NCBI GenBank assembly: GCA_035363095.1
Contig: DAOSEK010000001.1
Location: 82,473-146,472, forward strand
Source: Candidatus Woesearchaeota archaeon
Lineage (GTDB): Archaea; Nanobdellota; Nanobdellia; Woesearchaeales; UBA119
Reading direction: 5' to 3'
Length of the DNA stretch: 64,000 nt
Shown: one piece after another, positions 59,001 to 64,000 of the stretch
How positions within the stretch are numbered: the first letter of the stretch is position 1
Layout of the letters: each line of letters opens with the position of its first letter
Program-made: the position numbers and the translations under genes
The notes under the pieces: model-generated
What the model saw: only the letters and a program-made list of their open reading frames with translations
The model's database searches: none
What the model was told of the DNA's origin: nothing

Positions 59001-59182
59001 TTAAGTGATTTATTCCATGCAGTGCCTACGTGAATGTTTCCTGAGGTGTAAGGAGGGCCATCTAAAAAGTAGAATTTCTCTTTATCTTTATTTTTTTGTT
59101 TGAGTTTTTGATGGGTTTGTTTCTTTTCCCAAAAATCAAGTATTTCTTCTTCTATTTTTATTGGATTATAGCTTTCAGCCAT
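56030..59182 (-). CDS. ileS: Isoleucyl-tRNA synthetase
   Basis: 1050 aa with HVGTAWN (HIGH) and KMSKS motifs, a CP1 editing domain and a C-terminal Zn-binding region. Confidence 0.95.
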   Translation of the reverse strand: MAESYNPIKIEEEILDFWEKKQTHQKLKQKNKDKEKFYFLDGPPYTSGNIHVGTAWNKSLKDCVLRYKRMKGFDVWDRAGYDMHGLPTENRVSKKLNLKDKEEIKKFGVSKFIEECKKFSLESLEKMNEDFKRLGVWMDFENAYATIQKEYISGEWWLIKKAFDKGLLYEGEKTMTWCASCETALAKHELVYKNVTDTSIFVKLKVKGTQNKFLIIWTTTPWTIPFNLGVMVHPDLDYIEAQVEDEIWIVAKGLAGGLIHMVAGKEFKELKEFKGSDLKGVEYTHPFAKYISEYQELKKLHPNVHSVVLSSKYVDLSAGSGLVHMAPGCGPEDYEVGKENNIPPYNEIDTKGEFQKSMGIFAGLVAKKDDDKFIDTLEKESALVEKTPVEHDYAHCWRCESPVVYRKTTQWFFGIENLKERMRTLNKSVNWVPQWAGTRWFDSWLENLKDNTITRQRFWGTPVPIWRCEQCDNIKVIGSYEELVKEYGQQLSDLHIPRIDEVKLTCPKCNAKMKRIPDILDVWVDAGTASWNCLDFPTRLDLFEKYFPADFIAEGKDQIRGWFNLLMVTSTVAFDKSPFLNVYMHGFVNDAQGRKMSKSLGNYISPDEIIDKYGADAFRYFSLACTNPGLDFNYNFDDLKVKYSNLSILWNLKNLLIGQATLSKINPFKISYSEVEESFSLVEKYIISRLNSTIRDVTILLDKYEVNLAVIEIEKLFLELSRTYVQLVREKLNSSDESDKKVSIYVLYHTLFETSKLFSVFAPFVCEKIYLELKEAFCLNQESIFEYNWPSYENRLINPQLETELLKVLEIVQNILSIRDKIGYGIRWPLKEAVIETEEKIYISAINNMSDIIKSQGNIKQILLTPKFEKHSIKAVADNNKLGPTFKQNSAKIIAALITTAPETVVSHIKSEGKYIMSIDGEKYEILPEHLKFEHILDKEYELSEFSKGIVFLNKTIGKELESEGVSREVSRRIQSIRKKMGLNKADRVELLIQSKTQYSLSLIDPWLEDIKEKVGAKKVLTGDNLDFSGFEFEEHEIKSREYKIGVRKI

Positions 59183-59395
59183 GATTATAACACTTCCCCT
59201 CGTGATTTTTTAAAAGTTAATTTTAAAGTTAATTAAAAATAATTTTTTACTTATAGCTATACAAATGAGCTATTTTATGATGTTTAGGGAATATGGAGGT
59301 TATTTAAAGCTTTTTATTTTATAGAGAAATTCTTTAGAGAAATTCTTTAAAGTGTCACAAAAAGCTTATTAAATAAGGATTATTTTAAGTTAGAT

Positions 59396-60175
59396 ATGGA
59401 TGAAGATATTAACAAATGTGTTAATGAAAGAAAGGATAAAGAAAATATCACTTTTGGTATGTTGCCAAAGGATTTAGTTGCCGATGTTGAAGGTAACCTT
59501 TCAAGGATTAGCACAGGAATAATGATTTTTGATAAACTTTTGGAGGGTGGATTTGAAAGGGATACGGTATCTATGATTTATGGGGCTGCAAGTAGTGGTA
59601 AGACTACTCTTTGCATGATTGCAAGTGATTTTATTTCAAGACTTGGAAAAAAGATTATATATATTGATACTGAAGGGGGGTTTTCTATAGATAGGTTTAG
59701 ACAGATAAGCCCTGATTATCTAAATTCTTTAAAGAATATTAATTTTTTAAAGGTTAATAATTTTGATGAGCAACATAAGGTAATTGAAGGACTTTATGAT
59801 TGTGTTAATAAGTCTATTTCGCTTGTTGTGATTGATACGATTTCCATGTTATATCGTCTAGAAATAGGAAAAAGTAAAGATGTATATGAGGTTAATAGAA
59901 AACTTGGAAGAGAGATAATTATTTGTTCAAACATTGCAAGAAAGAACAATATTCCAGTTATCATTACTAATCAGGTTTATGCTGATATTGATGAGGTTGG
60001 CAGGAATAAAATGGTTGGAGGCGACCTTTTAAGGTATGGATGTAAATGCCTCTTAGAATTAATTAAGCCTGATAATGCATCTGCCGGACAAAGGATTGCA
60101 GTATTAAGAAAACATAGAAGTATAGAAGAAGATAAAAAAATAAAATTTAAGATAACCAGTAACGGGATTGAATAG
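59396..60175 (+). CDS. radB: RadB (RadA paralog, recombinase-like ATPase)
   Basis: 259 aa with Walker A GAASSGKTT and Walker B LVVIDTIS. It lacks the N-terminal HhH domain. Confidence 0.7.
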   Translation: MDEDINKCVNERKDKENITFGMLPKDLVADVEGNLSRISTGIMIFDKLLEGGFERDTVSMIYGAASSGKTTLCMIASDFISRLGKKIIYIDTEGGFSIDRFRQISPDYLNSLKNINFLKVNNFDEQHKVIEGLYDCVNKSISLVVIDTISMLYRLEIGKSKDVYEVNRKLGREIIICSNIARKNNIPVIITNQVYADIDEVGRNKMVGGDLLRYGCKCLLELIKPDNASAGQRIAVLRKHRSIEEDKKIKFKITSNGIE

Positions 60176-60192
60176 AATCCCTTTAAGGTGTT

Positions 60193-60792
60193 TTACTCAC
60201 TAAAGTCATCAAGGGTATAAGGCATTTCTGATTCGTTTTTGATCTTTTTGTTTGCTAAGAGATATTCTCTTGCAAGCATATAAAATAAAAGTCCTAAACT
60301 TTTTTTGCCTTTGTTGTTGCAAGGAATTACTAAATCAACATTGTTTATTGTGTTGTTTGTATCACATAAAGCGACAATTGGAATCCCTATTTTTATTGCA
60401 TCGTTTACAGCGTTTCTATCTGGCCAAGGGTCGCATACAATCATTACTTTAGCTTCCATGAAATTATCCAGCTTTGAGTTTGTAAGAATTCCTGGCGGAT
60501 ATCTTTCTGCTAAGACTTTTGAACCTATTACTTTTGCAAAGAGCTTTATTGCCCTCCAATCAGATTCTCTTCTTCCACAAACCAATATATCCTTTGGTTC
60601 ATAATGAGATATGAATTTTGCAGCAGTTAATATCCTTTTATCTATTGCACTTACGTTAAACACAGAAAGCCCATCGCTTCTTGTTTTATAGATAAAATTC
60701 TCAAGATATTTAGTTTTGAATTTTGTTCCGATATGGATTCCACTCTTTAAATATACATCTGAAGATGTTAATAGTAGTTCGTCTTCTCCCAT
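60193..60792 (-). CDS. rps2: Ribosomal protein S2 (uS2)
   Basis: 199 aa with the S2 family signature (HIGTKF..., DLVIPCNNKG). Confidence 0.85.
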   Translation of the reverse strand: MGEDELLLTSSDVYLKSGIHIGTKFKTKYLENFIYKTRSDGLSVFNVSAIDKRILTAAKFISHYEPKDILVCGRRESDWRAIKLFAKVIGSKVLAERYPPGILTNSKLDNFMEAKVMIVCDPWPDRNAVNDAIKIGIPIVALCDTNNTINNVDLVIPCNNKGKKSLGLLFYMLAREYLLANKKIKNESEMPYTLDDFSE

Positions 60793-61043
60793 TTTTTTTA
60801 TTCCTCTTGTTTTTTAATGCCTTTGAAAACCGCTGAAGAGAACCAAAAATACACTAACAGATCAGAATCAACCTGCTAGATTATCGCCTCAGCAGTATAT
60901 TGCAGGTCCCTTGGTAGGCCAACCCTTGCAACAAGGCTTATATTCAAGGTGTATTGGTAATCAATTTTTAAAGCTTTTCTTTTTTAATTTTGAATTTTGG
61001 TTTTTTCTCTTAAAAACTTAAAATAAATCGTATTTTGGATCTT

Positions 61044-61511
61044 TTAAGATACAAGATTTCCAAATGCTTCTTTTAAAAGCGTTCTTAAATCTGCATCACA
61101 CCAAAATTTATGTTTAACACCTTGGATGAAAAAGGTAATTTCACATTTTGAATTGCTGATATTGTTACTGTCATAGTAGGTTTTGTAATTGGCATTTATT
61201 TTTGAGATTGTTGTTTTGTTAGCTTCAAAATTCGCTAAGTCTTCTTTGAGAATATCGTTTTTGTCTATGTTTGTATATCTCATGTAAAAGTTTGAGGATG
61301 CATTCATTTGCTCTTTTATTTGGACTAGATACCCTTTGCCTTCAGCTTTGGCTTTTAGTCTTGCTTTGTTTACTTCTTCATTAACAATTTTTAGTGGCAC
61401 TTTTGCAAATACTACACTTTTATCGTATATTAAAAGATTGTAAGTATCATAAGCTAAACCAAGCATTTTGCTCTTTTTTATATTGGGTATAATATATTTG
61501 GGTTTTTCCAA
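61044..61511 (-). CDS. Hypothetical protein
   Basis: 155 aa ORF. Confidence 0.3.
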   Translation of the reverse strand: MEKPKYIIPNIKKSKMLGLAYDTYNLLIYDKSVVFAKVPLKIVNEEVNKARLKAKAEGKGYLVQIKEQMNASSNFYMRYTNIDKNDILKEDLANFEANKTTISKINANYKTYYDSNNISNSKCEITFFIQGVKHKFWCDADLRTLLKEAFGNLVS

Positions 61512-61660
61512 TTTTAAATCACCTTTTTAGCAACTAAAAGTAGTCAGTATATAAATTTTTAGAAAGGCGTTCCAATATTGATTTGTGAAGGATTAAGAAA
61601 AAGGATAAAAAAACAAAAAATTAATTTTACATTTAAGTAAGTTTTTCGGTGCTAGACTCA

Positions 61661-62014
61661 TTAAAAATCTTCGCTATCTTCATAGGATTTTTCTTCTTGG
61701 GAGTCATCGGAGTCACTAGCTTCTTCTTCAGAATAATCATCTGAAGTAGTATCTTCTTGGCTTTCTGAACTAGAATCTCCTGAAGAGCTACCGACAACTT
61801 CTCCAAATCCTACTTTCTTAAGGACTTTTGTTACTTTAATCCTAACACTATCCCCTTTACTTACGTTTGGAATAAATATTACAAAGCCATTAACCTTTGC
61901 AATTCCATCCCCTTTTTCTCCATTCCCCTCTATGGTTACATCTATTTCTTCACCAACTCTTACAGGAGCAAACCTATCAGGTCCCCTGTTAAAACCGTAT
62001 TTTTCGTTTTGCAT
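61661..62014 (-). CDS. TRAM-domain RNA-binding protein with acidic Ser/Asp/Glu-rich tail
   Basis: GEEIDVTIEGNGEKGDGIAKVNGFVIFIPNVSKGDSVRIKVTKV is the TRAM OB-fold pattern. Confidence 0.55.
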   Translation of the reverse strand: MQNEKYGFNRGPDRFAPVRVGEEIDVTIEGNGEKGDGIAKVNGFVIFIPNVSKGDSVRIKVTKVLKKVGFGEVVGSSSGDSSSESQEDTTSDDYSEEEASDSDDSQEEKSYEDSEDF

Positions 62015-62149
62015 ATTTCAATTCACCTAAAACTAAAAGACGCGAATAAGCGCGCCTATTTAGGATAAATCTACAATAAATATTTAAAATTATCTAAAAA
62101 AGTTAAGAATATTCACTTTTTTGGGTGGGGTTCTTATCTGTTTGTAGGA

Positions 62150-63220
62150 TTAAATATCTGAAATCTTGTCTGTTTCAACCACAAAACCTGCTTCTCCTTC
62201 GGGTAGATTAGGACTGTCAATTAGTTTTGCTACTCTTGTGTTTTTCTTGCCTTTCCTTAGATACATTCTAAAGGTGCTTGCGTGTGCTACAATGTGTCCT
62301 CCTATTGCAGCGGTTGGATCACCAAAGAATGTATCTGGTCTTGCCATTACCTGATTTGTTACATTTACACAAATGTTGTAGGTATCAGCGAGTTTTAGTA
62401 ATATATGCATATGCCGATTTAGTTTCTGTTGTCTATCAGCTAAGGTGCCTCGCCCTACAAATTCTGCTCTGAAATGAGCTGTTAGTGAATCAACTACTAC
62501 CAGTTTCACATCTAGCTTTTGCTTTGTAATTAGATCTTCTATTTTTTCTGCTAAAAGCATCTGATGGTCTGAGTTGTAAGCCCTTGCGACTTTGATGTGC
62601 TGAAGAGCTTGTGTTGGATCAAGCCCTGCTCCTTTTGCATATTGAGCTATTCTTTCAGGTCTAAAGGTGTTTTCTGTATCTATATAGACTGCATAACAAC
62701 CAGGATTTTGTTTTTGAACTCTTACACATAAAAGATGAGCAATCTGGGTTTTGCCTGAACCAAACTCTCCAAAACATTCAGTTATGGCGCCCGATTCGAA
62801 CCCGCCCCCTAAAAGCTCGTTTAAAGCCTTGCACCCAATGTCTATTTTCATAACACGGGAGCGTTTTTCTAAGAGAATATCTCCTGATTCAAAACCCATT
62901 TCAAGCTTGTTTCTTGCAGCGGAGATGATTCTTCTTGCTACACTGTCTCCTAGAGCGGTTGCATCCATTATTTCATCAGGGCTTGCAACTGCAATACTCA
63001 TCATAGTATCATAGCCTGCTGAAATCAATTTATCAGCAGTAGCTGAGCCAACACCTGGTAATGAAAGGATATCATCAACTGATACATCAGTATCCTCAAG
63101 AGATTGTGGTTTTACTTCAGAATTATTTGTATCACAAGATTTTGAGCCTTGTACTTTTGGCTCTTTATTTTTGTCTGCTTTTTCAATTTTCTCTTCTTTT
63201 TCTTTTGCCATAAATATCAC
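62150..63220 (-). CDS. radA: DNA repair and recombination protein RadA
   Basis: N-terminal HhH (LPGVGSATADKLISAGY), Walker A GEFGSGKTQ and Walker B LVVVDS, with L1/L2 loops. Confidence 0.9.
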   Translation of the reverse strand: MIFMAKEKEEKIEKADKNKEPKVQGSKSCDTNNSEVKPQSLEDTDVSVDDILSLPGVGSATADKLISAGYDTMMSIAVASPDEIMDATALGDSVARRIISAARNKLEMGFESGDILLEKRSRVMKIDIGCKALNELLGGGFESGAITECFGEFGSGKTQIAHLLCVRVQKQNPGCYAVYIDTENTFRPERIAQYAKGAGLDPTQALQHIKVARAYNSDHQMLLAEKIEDLITKQKLDVKLVVVDSLTAHFRAEFVGRGTLADRQQKLNRHMHILLKLADTYNICVNVTNQVMARPDTFFGDPTAAIGGHIVAHASTFRMYLRKGKKNTRVAKLIDSPNLPEGEAGFVVETDKISDI

Positions 63221-63498
63221 CTTTAATAATCTTTTTTTGTTTTATGCAACAATTAAGAGTAAACAAAGTATTTGTTCTAATAACAAATGAAATGGTGTTG
63301 TTTAAAAAACTTTCATAATATTTTTTGTGATTTTTCCTTTTTGAAACACTCAAAATTAAGCTTAATTTTGAAGTTAATGGTAATATTGAGTTGTAATTGA
63401 TTATATGTGATTCTTTTATATATCTTTGTTAAGGAGTTGTCCAGTTGTCCTATGTAAAAAAGTTAGGGTTAAAGGATTTTTTTAAATACTATTTTTCA

Positions 63499-63759
63499 TT
63501 AAACTCTTAAAATTACGAGCCATATAACGATTAATATGATTAGCATTGTTATAAATAGTAATGTTTCTTTAAGGCTTGATGTTTTGATTGTTCCTTTGAT
63601 TTTTATTGGAAATGGCCAAAAAAGGGATACTCCAGCAGGGGTTAAAGAGTCTAGTATTATATGAGATATCATTCCAAATGAAAAACTGATTAATACTAGG
63701 GAGATGAAGGGTTGTTTTTGAAAGATAAGGCTTAGTAATGAGAGGATTAGGGGAATCAT
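63499..63759 (-). CDS. Hypothetical small membrane protein
   Basis: 86 aa, hydrophobic. Confidence 0.25.
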   Translation of the reverse strand: MIPLILSLLSLIFQKQPFISLVLISFSFGMISHIILDSLTPAGVSLFWPFPIKIKGTIKTSSLKETLLFITMLIILIVIWLVILRV

Positions 63760-64000
63760 TAAGGAATGAAAAAGTCCTCTATGTCTGAAGTTTATTTTTG
63801 TTAATATGATAGGGATTTTGAGTTTTTTGTTTATGTAAGAGTTTGCAATATCTATGTCTGGGAAGATTGAACCGATGATATAAAAAAGGAAATAAATCGG
63901 TGAGAATAAGGGGTTAAAAAATTCTTGTAGTAAAGAGCTGTTATTAAGTACTGGAGCTATAAGGATTGCTAAGGTTAATAATAGGATTGAGAATAATAAG

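Overview
This 64 kb window is AT-rich, roughly one-third G+C by eye, and comes from an archaeal chromosome. The protein complement fixes the domain: EF-2, aIF5B, aIF6, aEF-1beta, L7Ae, S28e, L24e, L35Ae, prefoldin alpha, NAC, Orc1/Cdc6, a GINS subunit, RadA and RadB, Trm1, and an RNase P RNA. Genes are preceded by GGTG/GGAGG Shine-Dalgarno motifs and followed by oligo-T terminators. Many proteins carry K/E-rich low-complexity insertions. The lineage is probably DPANN-like or Asgard-like, but no search was possible and the organism is not identified.

The coding content is dominated by information processing and core metabolism:
- Four aminoacyl-tRNA synthetases: MetRS, ThrRS and IleRS, plus a YbaK-type editing domain protein.
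- An L7Ae-S28e-L24e-ndk-EF-2 cluster.
- A conserved aIF6-pfdA-ftsY cluster.
- A Zn-ribbon protein paired with aEF-1beta, then Trm1.
- aIF5B and ribosomal proteins S7 and S2.
- Orc1/Cdc6, RadA and RadB.
- Core metabolic enzymes PPDK, a bacterial-type iPGM, a PyrE-PyrF fusion and MetAP.
- One tRNA-Arg(CCU) and one RNase P RNA.

The most unusual feature is a dense family of modular intergenic repeats of about 40-260 nt, with at least 10 loci in 64 kb. They are built from four recurring modules:
- A perfect 14-nt palindrome, GATTTCATGAAATC.
- A K-box, GACCAAAGTATGCGAATGA.
- An imperfect hairpin module of about 115 nt.
- A terminator-like hairpin followed by a T-run.

The repeats sit at most synteny breakpoints and next to a truncated helicase gene. 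They also make up the whole Orc1/Cdc6 upstream region.

Other notable observations are:
- An exact 600-bp-offset duplication of the S7 3' end that captured a nucleoside deoxyribosyltransferase-like gene.
- A T4 endonuclease V (DenV) homolog.
- A catalytically degenerate UPPS paralog.
- Tandem paralogous membrane proteins sharing a recent gene-conversion tract.
- Two compositionally atypical islands that look horizontally acquired.
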